From Marsupella aquatica (lineage: Eukaryota > Plantae > Marchantiophyta): DNA of 64,000 nucleotides. Position numbers and translations under genes: made by a program. Positions 50,481-62,169 of this stretch are shown here, in pieces; position 1 is the first letter of the stretch, and every line of letters starts with the position of its first letter. The DNA lies in contig OZ316898.1 in assembly GCA_973895155.1 (NCBI GenBank), positions 9,473,079 to 9,537,078 on the forward strand, read 5' to 3'. Below the pieces are notes generated by a model. That model did no database searches. It saw only the letters and a list, made by a program, of their open reading frames with translations, and was not told where the DNA came from.

Positions 50481-53400
50481 CGTGAGCGTTTAACTGGCAA
50501 GTTCTCATCCCACCTTGTGTACACACAAGCTTTGACAACTTGTTGTTTAGATTCAAGCGCCAGGGGGCTTTATACACTTCCCGGTTTGTTTAGAGGCCTA
50601 TTCTAGGCCAAATCAGAGGCTGTTTGAGGGTTTTTGATACTTCTGAGTCCATCTAGACTCACAGATTGAACCAATTTTGCCTTGGTTCTCATCTACAACA
50701 TTGGAGTGCCATTGTGAAGCCTATTATGAAGGCTCTTCCTTGAACCTTATGCACATTGTCATATTGATTTGCATTTGCTTTTGTGTGGAGAGTTGAGTGG
50801 TATCCATTCTTGTTTCTGGATCCTCTTCACACATGTTTCCTGTTTATGCGCCATGTTAGTTTCGTGTGGGCGCTTGATTCCATAGGAGTGATCCGGGTTT
50901 GCAACTGGACATTCTAGTGTGCTGTGTATTTCTCTTTTGGTGATGTTGGAGTGATGCCCAACACACCATGGTGAGTGCTTGTGGTGCTGACAGGGATAGA
51001 TTGCCCTTAGGGTTAGCACATAGATTAGGTTAGGGTTGGTCACCACGGATTCTTCTGGTGCTGCTGGATTACCCGATGGACGACGGACCGGTTTCACTCG
51101 GAGTGGGGCACAGTTTCGGCCAGCGGCATTGGTAGCAGTCAGCAGTGCAGCTTCAGACAGTGATTCTGATGAGGACTCAGTGACCAGTTCTCCTCATCAT
51201 CAGGTGGTTGCACCTTTGTTGTGGGATATGGACGAGATGTACGGGGCTACAAAGGGCCCACGACGATACTCTGGTGCAGTTGGCACAATTGATCTGGATG
51301 ACTTCATCCAGGAGTTTGATACGTGGTGCGATATGCAGACATTGCGTAATGTCACGTTGTTTACCCCTTTCATGGCATGGAAAGGATTATTCCAGCATTT
51401 GGAGGGGCCACCAATGAATGACTACCATGAGTTTCGGAAGGCTCATTTGGTTGAGATTGAGGCATGGAGGCAGCATTGGTCGCCTAATTACGTGTCCATC
51501 ACCTATGGCACTAGTGCGGCTGCCCAACCAATTGCCATAGCTGTTGCTTTTTCTAGCAGCACTAGCCAGAGTGGCACACCATCCACCAGCAGCACTCCAG
51601 CAGCATCCACCACTACTCCTGCCGGTGTGATTGTGACAGGAACTGGAGTTGCGCCAGCATTTAATCTTGTGGTGGAATTCTTTGAGGTACTGAAGCAGAA
51701 CTATCAGGGTGTGAGAACTGATAAGTTGAAGGGTCTTCAGGAGTTCCAACGCAAGACTGGAGAGAGCCTACGTGAGGCATACACACGTATGCGTAGATTG
51801 ATCACTGTCACCAAGGGAGTGACAGAGGCTCAGGCAGTCCAATTTTGGTATGCAATTCTGGACAGAGAATTGCGACGCAGAGTGAGAGATGTCACTCTGC
51901 TTAGGGATGCAGATCCCACATTAGCAGTTGTTTTCACCCTTTCTGAGCGCATTGAGCTCAATATGGTGAATGAGAAGGTGGTGACTTTCGGATTTGCCAA
52001 GGAAGCACCAAAGGCTGCATCTACATCCACACCACAGCCTACTGCACGGAAGAGCCAGAGGGAGAAGCCTACTGCACGAGAGTCTACCAGCCAGAGACCT
52101 GTGCCTTCTTATGCTGGACAGCAGTCAGGATGTTGGACCTGTGGTGGGGATCATGCACAGAGATATTGTCCAGATCATAGAGGATCAGAGGGAGCATCAG
52201 CGCCTGATCAGCGACAGTGTGATCACTGTGGAGCTCCTGGACACACCAAGGATAGGTGTTTCTCACTCCACCCTGAGTTACGGAGAGGAGGATCCCATAC
52301 ACATGATCAGGGAAGAGGAGGAGGAGGTAGAGGTGGTGGACGTGGTGGTGGCATGCCACATGCAAGGAGACAGGGAGGTGACGCTGCCCCTGCTGTAACC
52401 ATAGATCCAAAGGATGCTAAGATTGCTCAATTGGAGCAACAACTAGCTGCCATGGCTAGTTCCCAGGTGAGACCTAATTCTGGTGATGGGGCATCTACAT
52501 CCTATGGACCTTCCACATCCCATGGTCCTTCCACATCTTATGGAGCTGATGGAGACCTTGCCACCATGGGATTCATGTGTGGCACTGCACATATTGATGC
52601 ATCAGCAGCTTTGACACGTGGGGCAGCCAAAGCTCTTGAGCCCCGAGGAGCAGTAGTGGAGTTAGATCCACAAAGGGGGGATGCACGTCGGCAGACAAAG
52701 CTTCCTCAGTCTTTTACATTGTCAGAGACAGTTCAGACTGCCTCTATGAACCCGGTTCGGACAAACCCTGATGTGGGTAAGTTGGCAGAATCAGGTAGTG
52801 ATGCAGCAAGGATGATAGGTACCTTGTTGGGGGCGGCTACTGCCATAGTACGCACCCCATTATTTTCAGCGACAGACATGCTGAACTTGGGAGTTGGTCC
52901 TGCAGAAGTGTTCAGATTGGCAGCTACACTCTGTGAGGACACTCCAGTGGTTGCTTCCCATGCAGAAGCAACTTGTAGTGTTGATGCAGTGAAGACCATG
53001 CCACCTACTGCTACTAGTGAGACATGGCATGCAGCAGCAGCGAGGTTGGTGGATTTACCAGCACGCCCTGCATTTGAGAGGACTAGGTTTAAACCTAGTG
53101 TTGTGTCATTGGATAATCGGAGTGGTATCTTCCGATTAGTTGGGCCTTCTGGAGCAGTATACCAGCCAGAGAGAGTGTTACTGGATACTGGTGCTCAGCC
53201 CTTGATGTTGGGGAAGTCTGCCATACGTGGATTGGGATTGCGTCCAGAGGATTTGGAGGATTGTCCCTTTCCCATTCAGACTTCATTGGGGGGACCTACA
53301 CCTACACAGCATATCACCAGGAGACCACTTGATTTGAGGATTCAGGAAGGTCATACCACAGATAGCTCACAGATACAGGCGCGAGCTATTCTGACTAAGG

Positions 53401-53891
53401 CAGAGTCATATGATGTGTTGGTGGGATGTACAGTGCTCTACCCCATGGGATTTATTCTTGATTTTTGGGAGGAATCAGTGTCATATAGACCTGATTGGCA
53501 GTCAGGAGATGCTCGATTGAGCAAATTGCCAGTGAGATTTAGTGGACCTGTGGGAGGCTCTAAATCCACACCATTGTCTTTGGCAGCATTTAGTGGTGTA
53601 ATTGCTGGACCTGATGATTTGATTGAGGGTAATGCGCATGCAGCCGATGTTCCACCATTGGAGGAGTCTCATGAGGAGCACATCATGCGAGGGTTACCTG
53701 TTGGCAGTGTTGTGCCACCAGTGTGGGGCACTGCACAAGCCTTGCCACAGGCAGCAGCACGATTGGTACATGATGCATAGCGTCATGCTTTTACACCACA
53801 GTCAGGAGTAGAGCAATCTCTTGCAGATGGACCTGTGACTCTTTCACCATTGGATACCACTCCTATTGCTTGGCAATATCCACCGGAGGGT

Positions 53892-54830
53892 ATTTGTTTG
53901 TTGGATCTTTTTGGTGGGATTAGCACTGGATTGGCTGCTGTTCTTCAGGCAGGAATTCCTGTGCGTCGTTATTTATATGTGGAGATAGACGAGACAGCAC
54001 AGAGGGTCTCATTGCGACATGTGGCTATGTTGGTGGATAGATATCCACAGTTGCTATCAGTGGATGCTGTTCGTGGTTATCAGCATGCACTACCTACTGA
54101 TATTTCATTGCTGGGGGCGGATCATCTGCATCGTGTTGGCCCCATTGATTTGGTGATTGCTGGTTGGCCATGTCAGGGCCAATCTAGAGCTGGCGTTGGG
54201 CATGGACTTCATGATCCACGCTCTGCATTGTTTTGGGAGATGTTACGGGTGCTGCGTCACCTCCAGCTACATCAGACACAGTCTCCAACATACATTTTGG
54301 AGAATGTGCCATTGTTAGGTGATGATCGTAGTCGGATTGTTGCCAGTGTTCACCAGGTGAGGTCTTGGATTGGACCTGCTGTGTTATTGGATGCTGCACG
54401 TGTGGGTTCTCGTGCACATCATCCACGCTTATGGTGGACTAATTTGATCCCATGTGAGGTGCTGAAGCGCGCATTTGACAGCATTCCACGCTCACCAGCC
54501 TTAGTGGTGGATGATATTTTGGATCCAGGGCGTCGTGCACAGGGTGTGACCCAACTTGATAGACCTCCATTGGCAATGGTCAATGCAGTTGGGTGCCCAC
54601 GTTGTGCATTACCCACTCTTGTAAGCCACTCTGCTTCATATGCATTCAGAGCAGGTGGCCCTGGACTTGTATGGGACACAGCTCTCCAGCAGTTAGTGGA
54701 GCCTACTGCTGATGAGAGAGAGCGTGCTATGGGATTTTTGACTGGCACCACTGCAGTTGCCTCTGTGTCAGAGGGTTTGCGGCGCTAGGTTCTTGGTCAA
54801 GCAATGGATTTGAATTGTTTGACTTGGATT
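53892..54830 (+). other. DNMT3-like C5 cytosine DNA methyltransferase domain within the gypsy polyprotein
   Basis: Motif I LDLFGGIS, II YVEID, IV IDLVIAGWPCQ (Cys at 54171), V RSALFWE, VI ILENV, VIII AH(H)PRLWWTNL, IX ERERAMGF, X RR*VLGQAMD, in canonical order. Confidence 0.93.
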
Positions 54831-57800
54831 ATCAGCTTGGGAGTAGCTGAACAGTTGCGGATGCGCTCTGCCGGAATTACTGATTGTCCCTTGGTGAGCT
54901 TGCGGTCCACTGAGACAATATTGACCACAGCTGGGGGCGAGCAAACAGTCCATGGACCTATGACAGGATTGGCAGCTGGACAGATTGTTGAGCAGGAAGA
55001 GACTGCTCAATCTACTGCTAAATAGCAATCATCGGCTATCTCTTCTACCCTACAAAGAGATATTAGAGATTTGGTGGAGAGTTGGGAACCACAGCTTGGC
55101 CCTAAGTTAACAGGGGAGGAGAGACGTCGCATGCATCGATTCCTGAAGAGTTATTGGAATTGTTTTGCATTCAGCATGAAGGATTTGGGGACATTGAAGG
55201 GCCCTGGTATTCAGATTGAATTGGCTAGTGATGCGCCAATCTTTCGTAGACCATACCGTTATAGTGACATGGAGAGAGCTCTAATTCAAAGCAGAACTCA
55301 AGATTTGTTGGAGGCTGGATTGGTGGAGATTTCATATGGGGAGTATGCATCTGCCACAGTGATGCCAGCCAAGAAGGATGTGCATGGCAATTACACAGAT
55401 AGGCGCATGTGTGGTGATTACAAACCTATTAATTGCCAGACAAAATCTGATCGATATGCCATGCCCACACCTGAGGAGATCTTTGATGCTGTGGGGCATG
55501 CAAAGGTTTTCAGTTCATTGGATCTGAGGGCAGGATACCATCAGCTTCCAATTAGGCATGCTGACAGGTCCAAGACAGTATTCTGGGGGATTGATTCTTA
55601 TGGCAAAGATCGTTTGTATCAATGGTTATTCTTACCATTTGGGTTGAAGAATACACCAGCTGAGTTCCAGAGAGTCATGGATCGAATCCTTGCAGGTTTG
55701 GATTTTGTCAGATGTTATATTGATGATATTTTGGTCTATTCTTCTACTGTGGAAGAACATCAGCAGCACTTGCAGACTGTGTTGGAGAGATTGAGAGCAC
55801 ATGGGTTGAAGCTCCATCCTAGCAAGTGTAAGTTCTTCCAAGACCAGATTGAGTATTTGGGCCACACCATATACCCAGGGGGATTGGGTGTACAGCATAC
55901 TAAAGTGGAGGCCATTACACAGATTCCTTGTCCTACTGATGTGAGTAGAGTTCGTGCATTCTTGGGATTGGCGAGCTACTACAGGAGGTATGTTAAAGGA
56001 TTTAGCCAGCTTGCTAAACCTTTGACCATACTCACTAAGTTGGATCAGGAATGGATTTGGGGTGATGACCAGGAGCATGCCTTTCAGGAGTTGAAGCAAA
56101 GGTTGGCATCATCCCCTATTTTGAGAAGACCCATTTCAGGCAGACCATTTCAACTACACACTGATTGGAGTGGAGTAGGACTTGGAGCAGTGCTGACTCA
56201 GAAGGATGATGAGGGGAATGAGTTTGTTGTGGCTTATGGCAGTAGATCAAACAATTCAGCAGAGGCTAAGTATAGCTCTTATGAGGGAGAGTGTTTGGCA
56301 GCAGTGTGGGCTGTTGCACACTTTAGTTGCTACTTGTTTGGTAACCCCTTCACCTTGATCACTGATCATCAGCTTCTTAAGTGGTTAATGGAGTCTGACA
56401 AGCTTACAGGGAAGCTTGCACGATGGGCATTGTTGTTACAGGAGTATGATTTCCAGGTGGTGCATAGGCCTGGAAAAGTGAACTTGGATGCAGATGGATT
56501 AAGCCGCAATCCATGTACCAGTCAGCAGGATGAGACTGGAGCCAGATGGCATGATGAGTCAGATAGGGAGATGGTGCCAGGATGGCATGCATCTGCCTTT
56601 CTTTGTTGGGTGCCAGCATACAGTGGATCTGTGGACTCTACCTCATTGGATGGAGTGGATGATGAGTCTTCAGATGTGGATGTTGGTGAAGTAACTTCTG
56701 GACAGCAAGGTATTCACAATGATGTGAGAGTGTTGGAATATCTGCGCAATAGTTCTATTGTTGGCAGTGTTGATGCCAAGGAACGTGACAGGGTTCTACA
56801 GAGAGCCAAGAGGTTTCGATGGGAGGGAAACCATCTTTTGAGAGTACTGCATGATGGTAGGATGTTGGTGGTACCAAAACCATCGCGACATGCGCACGAG
56901 GAGTTGGGTCACTTTGGTGTGAAGCGCACTTACAGCTTGCTGCAGACGCAGTATTGGTGGCGTGGTATGCACACTCATGTCCAGCAGTTGATAGCTAAGT
57001 GTGTGGTATGTGACAGAGTGAGAGCATCATTTAATGCTCCCACTCCCCAGTTGCACCCATTACCGATCATGGGTTTGGGATATCGTTGGAGTTTGGATTT
57101 TGCTGGTCCATTACCTCTTACCCAACATCATAATCGGTATGTTTTGGTCATGGTGGAGCACTTCTCCAAGTGGATTGAGCTAGTGGCGTTGCCAGATAAA
57201 GCCAGTGGAGGAGTTGCTGCTACATTTTTGGATCGTGTACTCAATCATTTTGGAGCACCAGCTGAGGTGTTGACTGATCAGGGAACTGAGTTCCGTGGAG
57301 AGTTTGAGAGTTTGTGTGAACAAGCTCTGATTGATCATCGCACTACCTCTCGTGATCATCCTAAGGCAGATGGATTAGCTGAGAGAGTTGTGCAAACTGT
57401 GAAGAGAGGATTGTGTAAGTATGACTTGCAGGTTGGTCATCTGGGAGATTGGGATCTCCAGCTACCTTGGTTAGCTATGGGCTACCGTTTCAGTCGGCAA
57501 GCATCACTTGCATCCTTCTCACCCTACTTTTTGCTCTATGGTAGAGAGCCAGATTTGCCAGCAGCTATTCGTCGTCATGCTGCACCAGTTGTGAACTTGG
57601 ATGATCCTAATGTTTGGGTCAAGGTGTGTTCAGAGAGAGCACGGGTATTTCAGAGAGTGATGCCCATGGCTTTTGACAACCTTGCCATTGCCCAACATCG
57701 TGATACTTTGAGGTATGCCACTATTCGTGGAGGAGGTTACCGTGCAAGCATTCGACGATTTCATCCTGGTGATTATGTTTATTTGCAGCAGACAGCACCC

Positions 57801-57992
57801 ACGATACTTGATGTGACCGCAGGCCGGACAATCTTACGTGTGCGTGAAGTGTTGCCTTCTGGTGTCCTGATGTTGGAGGGACGCGATGGTATGGTTTGGA
57901 AGGATCATGTGCGCAACTGTGCACCATGTCACCTTCCCAACATTGATGGTACAGTAGATCCAAGCTTGGCACATGTTCGTGCTGGCTTGAAA

Positions 57993-58127
57993 TGTATGTT
58001 GTGTGGATCTGCTCAGGGAGCAGCTACTATGTTGATTTGTGATAAGTGTTCTAGAGGATGGCACATGTCATGTTTGACACCACCATTGCAGGTGATTCCT
58101 AGTGGATCATGGTTGTGTCCTCAGTGT
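57993..58127 (+). other. PHD finger (C4HC3) at the integrase C-terminus
   Basis: CMLCGSAQGAATMLICDKCSRGWHMSCLTPPLQVIPSGSWLCPQC. Confidence 0.95.
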
Positions 58128-59605
58128 CGGTGAAGCCGACTAGTTATCATTTGTGTTCTCTTGGCAGATATGGATTGCAGGTAGGTGATCGATGGGGCTC
58201 ACTTGCACCCGACCTCCTGATCTTCACACCTAAAAAGGTGTATATCAACCTTGTAGAACTCATGGCTAGCTAGAGTTAGGGGACCTTACTCCCAGCTAGG
58301 GGGGCGATTGTGGGTTTTGGACATGTGTGGACATGAGTTCCACTTGTATTTCATTCTCTTGTATTTGTGATGTGGCAGTGTGACTATGTCTGGATGTATG
58401 TGACAAGCGATGTATGTTGTGTAGCGATATGTATGCGCACGACAAATGCCTTGCAAGTTTTGGGGATTTAAGACAAGCTGGGACTATGAAAATGTATGAT
58501 TATGCACAGGTTGAGGTGAATCGAGCTACAATTGATATGGAAGAGTTCATACGTACAGCTGGATTACCAGACGACAATGACAATGCTGTGATTGAACTTG
58601 CCAATGAAAACTCTGTTCAAGCTTTGAATAGAGGGGTCACAATGCATGTGGAGCTGGCCAAGACATTGTTTCACCGACACTTGCGTGAACAGGTTGAATT
58701 ACCCGAAGGTGTCTTTGATGATGACACAGACTCTCCGAGCGATGCTGAAGAATGATTCTAGTAATTTTTAAAATTCTGTTAGGTCAATTCCCTACGTCCA
58801 TTGAAGCCATTGTTGTTAGGTCTAGCATTCTGTGAACTGGAAATTTTCGTCCACATAAATGCTGACTTTTTCTATTACTCAATCTGTGCAATCGTCTTCT
58901 TTCAGAAATTGTGCAAGGAACTCAAATCTCAGTCGAAATGCACAGCATGAATCACTGAAAGCTGAAATTGAAAAGGTCCTGAAAGTCTCCCATTCTCAAA
59001 GTCAAAATTGAGAAGACAAAATGCAGTCCTGATGAGCTCCAATTCTTAAAGTTGAAATTGACAAAAGCAATCTATTCTCAAAGTCGAAGTTGGAATTGAA
59101 ATCAATTTCTGGGCTATGGATTGATTTTGCCTATGCTTTGCTATTGCAATTTAAGTAGACAATTTTGCTTGAATGAATTTTGCTGATAGTTATACATGTG
59201 GAAAGCAAAACGCAGTTCTGAAAATCACCAGTTCAGCAAGTCGAAATTGACAGGGAAAAATCCATTCAAACATGAAATTGAAGTTCATATACAGTTCAGA
59301 ACAGACATGAGTAAATTCTCACCCGTTCTGTACACATTGTGCAATTCTAGAACAAAAAAGAATGATTAAACTACCAAAAAGTGAGAGCTTCCAGGAGTCG
59401 ACCTTTTTTATATTGAATGCCCAATTTCAAGGAACTCACTTGTCCGTAGAATGAAACCTATTAAGCAATTCGGGAGGATAGTACAACTCAGTGGGCCGTT
59501 TATAGTATTTAAAATATTCTAGGGGGACACCATCATAGCTCACTTCTATAACAGAAGGTTGAGGGACAAAGCATCGCCTAGGCGCCCACTCATCTGCAAC
59601 CACAT

Positions 59606-60995
59606 TTACAGTTTGTCAATGCGCCTTGAAATTTCGGATTTGAGCTCTTTCAGAACACCAGTGGTCTCACGAATGTCTTGTGCCATGCTAGAGGTGTTGC
59701 TCACCATCTCACTCATGTACATACTATACGTATCTGAATTGCTTTTTTTGGATGATTTTGTGGACTGATGGGTAGTGTTAGCAGGATTACTACCTTGATC
59801 TGAACCAGATCCAACCCCACCTTCGGCAGACCCTTGCGCTTCCCTTGGCTCATTCAAGTCAAGGGGACATGGATTGGGAGTCCCACTAGCATCTCCGTGA
59901 CACAATTTTTGTACATTGGCCCGGTTGTTGAAGCCTTGATCAATTTCGTCAAAAAATTTATAGGTGATCTTTCGTCCCTCTCCAGATATGCTGAGGATAC
60001 GTTTGTCAGTGCAATACCGTCTATAAATGGTTTTCCATTTCTTCCTGATTGCCTCAGCTGACTTGTTGAATCCTTCACAAGCAGCAATCATTTTCTCTTG
60101 TAGTTTCTCCCACATGTGCACACCTGTGTAATCGAGAGAAATCAAGTTATAAAAAATAACAAGTGTGAATACTTGAGAATACTTGAGAATGCACGCTCAC
60201 GGACAAGTTATAAAAAAATACAAGTGAGAATAATTGAGAATGCACGTTCACGGACCTATACATGTGATTTTGACAAGAAAATAGAAATTTGAGGATCTGA
60301 ACCTCACCTTGTTTCTTGGCATTCGTTGAGAACTCCTCATCCATTTCTGAGCGAAATGATATTAGGTGGCTGACTTCTGCATCTGTCCATCTACTCACTG
60401 AGTTTCCATCTTCCCCATCGCCTTCTTCATCACTCAACTCGACAACCTTCTGAGCCTTCTTCGGTTTCTTTGTTGGGGTGGCCTTGGCAGCCCTCTTTTT
60501 CTTTGTGCCCTCACCAGGTATTTTGCCTCCAGTTTCTGTCCTAACAAGCAGCTTCGTGACTTGAGGAGGCTCCTCACTACTGGTAGATGCAAATGGACCT
60601 GGTGCAGGGCAAGAAAAGAACTGATTACGATGGTCTGGAACAAAAGCTTGTCCTGCAGTTCCATGAAATGAACGAAAGCTACTTGGTGGGGGTTCATTGA
60701 GGCAGCGTTGGAATTCCTCATCGGACATGACCAACGGAGGTTGGGACGAAAGTGCATTGAATGAATCTCCCCCCTGATAGCTAGAAATTGGTTGTGAATC
60801 TTGAACAAAATTGGAGTCGACTTCCATTCGTTGCCTCTGTAGCCTTTCCTGCCATTGCTGAAAAAATGATTGGTTCATCGTGACTGATCCCGTGACTGAT
60901 TGTATAAACTCTATGTAAGGAGAGTGAGATGTGCAATGTGCGCTACTGCTGCACTCTGATGTTGCCGAAGAACATATAGATCTTGTTCTGGACAT
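59606..60995 (-). CDS. Harbinger Myb/SANT (trihelix-like) DNA-binding protein
   Basis: RWTDAEVSHLISFRSEMDEEF...KQ|GVHMWEKL...KSAEAIRKKWKTIYRRY; phase-1 intron 60307-60124; start codon (60995 or ~60878) and 3' end uncertain. Confidence 0.88.
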
Positions 60996-61440
60996 TGGAT
61001 CGATGTTTTTTGAAATGTTGAATCAAACATTTGAAGTTGGCTCGCAAATTGGGCGCCCTCCTGAATCGCCTGGATAGTCGCTTCTGTGGGGTCAGAGTTA
61101 ATGCAAAGTCTGAATATAGCAATGGACCAAACGGATGAAAGAAAAAACCACCCGAGGAGGTGGTCTAAAACTTTGCCCGAATGGCCGTGACACGTCTGCA
61201 AAAACTGGGCCCTACACGGGCCCCACTAATGTCCATGTAGATCGGGATCCTCTGACGGGAAACGTCCCCCCGCGGTCTTGTAAAGTCAAGTGTGGCCAGT
61301 TCTCACGAATGCACGGCTAGGATCACATCTGGGAGACTGGAAAAAAATTGGAACGGCCCCCGCGGTCTTGTAAAGCCCCCCTAAGGAAGGAAGAAACCAA
61401 AGAGTGGACAGGCCAATATGTGGAAAACAGAGGACAAAAA

Positions 61441-61547
61441 AATTAAAGAGAGTTGGGAATCCTTGGCTGAACTGAAATGAGAATCACTTTATTGCTGCTA
61501 TAAATTAAAGAGAGTTGGGAATCCTTGAGCTGAACTGAAATGAGAAC
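61441..61547. repeat. Near-tandem duplication, ~44-bp core
   Basis: AATTAAAGAGAGTTGGGAATCCTTG(A)GCTGAACTGAAATGAGAA twice. Confidence 0.85.
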
Positions 61548-62169
61548 TTACACAAAGCTAGTAAGAACATGTCCAGTGGAACATAACTAAGTTAGATATT
61601 GTTTAGTAAATCTGGAGAGAACTGAAATGAATTTTTTGGAGATTCAACATAAGGAAAGTATCAAGAAGGGAGACACAAACCTTTGAAGAAGGTCAATGCT
61701 GAAATCTACGTATGGGAGTGTTGTTGTTTGAAAGAACAGATCAAAGAAAAATAGAAATTGGAACTAAGCTACTAAACACCCTAAAAAATAGCTACTAAAC
61801 ATTCTAAAAAATAAGAAAAAATAAACATTGGAAAGTTTTTGACCAATGGACATATAAACAACAGTGCAAAAATCTGAATGTCCTGGTTTACCCTCGTGAA
61901 TATAACCTTGTCATTCATATAATGAAGAAATGTTCCATAATTTTTTTAAAGAAAATTATATTATTATAGGATGCTTTAGCTTACATAAATAGCTTAAACT
62001 ATGGACTTCAAATGATTAAAGGGGTTAGAAAAATTGCTAAATTCAAACCAATACAAAGTGAAAGCTTGGATTAGATCAGATGATTGTACTAAAAAATACA
62101 TGGCCAGCTCTTCTAATAAGCAGAAGATGTCCCGCCATATAGCAGTCTCATATACTTTTGTGGATATGG

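Larger units (their letters stand above)
51228..58133 (+). pseudogene. Single-frame Gag-PR-DNMT-RT-RNaseH-INT-PHD polyprotein (~2300 codons) with three in-frame TAG codons
   Basis: ORFs 51036-53780, 53835-54788, 54804-55025 and 55071-58133 share one frame, separated only by TAG at 53778, 54786 and 55023. Knuckles CWTCGGDHAQRYC and CDHCGAPGHTKDRC; protease LLDTGA; RT YIDD; RNase H TDWSG; integrase HxxxGH..CxxC, SLDFAGP, TDQG, GLAER. Confidence 0.95.
49340..58444 (+). mobile_element. Ty3/gypsy-type retroelement encoding a DNA cytosine methyltransferase and a PHD finger; no matching LTR pair found
   Basis: TGTC...GACA termini; 4-bp TSD AATG at 49336-49339 and 58445-58448; PR-RT-RH-INT order; PPT-like AGGGGGG at 58298-58304. 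Confidence 0.93.
47824..58755 (+). pseudogene. Harbinger (DDE_Tnp_4/HARBI1-like) transposase, split by the gypsy insertion
   Basis: GAIDGSH, YNRKGFYS, LIGDAAYP, RMCVERAFGILKGRW in 48270-49339. Removing 49340-58448 restores the frame LWLKEQ-C-LASFGDLRQ...DAEE* (stop 58755). First exon (~47824-47871) is tentative. Confidence 0.9.
47543..61381 (+). mobile_element. PIF/Harbinger DNA transposon, full length, with nested gypsy insertion
   Basis: Perfect 31-bp TIR GGGGGGCTTTACAAGACCGCGGGGGCCGTTC at 47543-47573 and 61351-61381; TAA TSD at 47540-47542 and 61382-61384; convergent DDE transposase and Myb/trihelix genes. Confidence 0.97.

Noticed and set aside
49667-50524. 285-aa antisense ORF in the gypsy 5' region as an accessory gene
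   Set aside because: Non-ATG start, largely made of the tandem motifs, no recognisable domain; not excluded until compared across copies.
53835-54788. Stand-alone host or bacterial (restriction-modification) methyltransferase gene
   Set aside because: No ATG of its own, same frame as gag-PR and RT, inside the TSD-bounded element; no restriction enzyme nearby.
49340-58405. TGTCACA...TGTGACA as 7-bp inverted termini ending at 58405
   Set aside because: No TSD at 58406 and it does not give the clean empty site; 58444 does.
58414-58755. Independent 113-aa ORF or env-like gene after the gypsy pol
   Set aside because: From 58449 it is the displaced C-terminus of the Harbinger transposase, outside the TSD.
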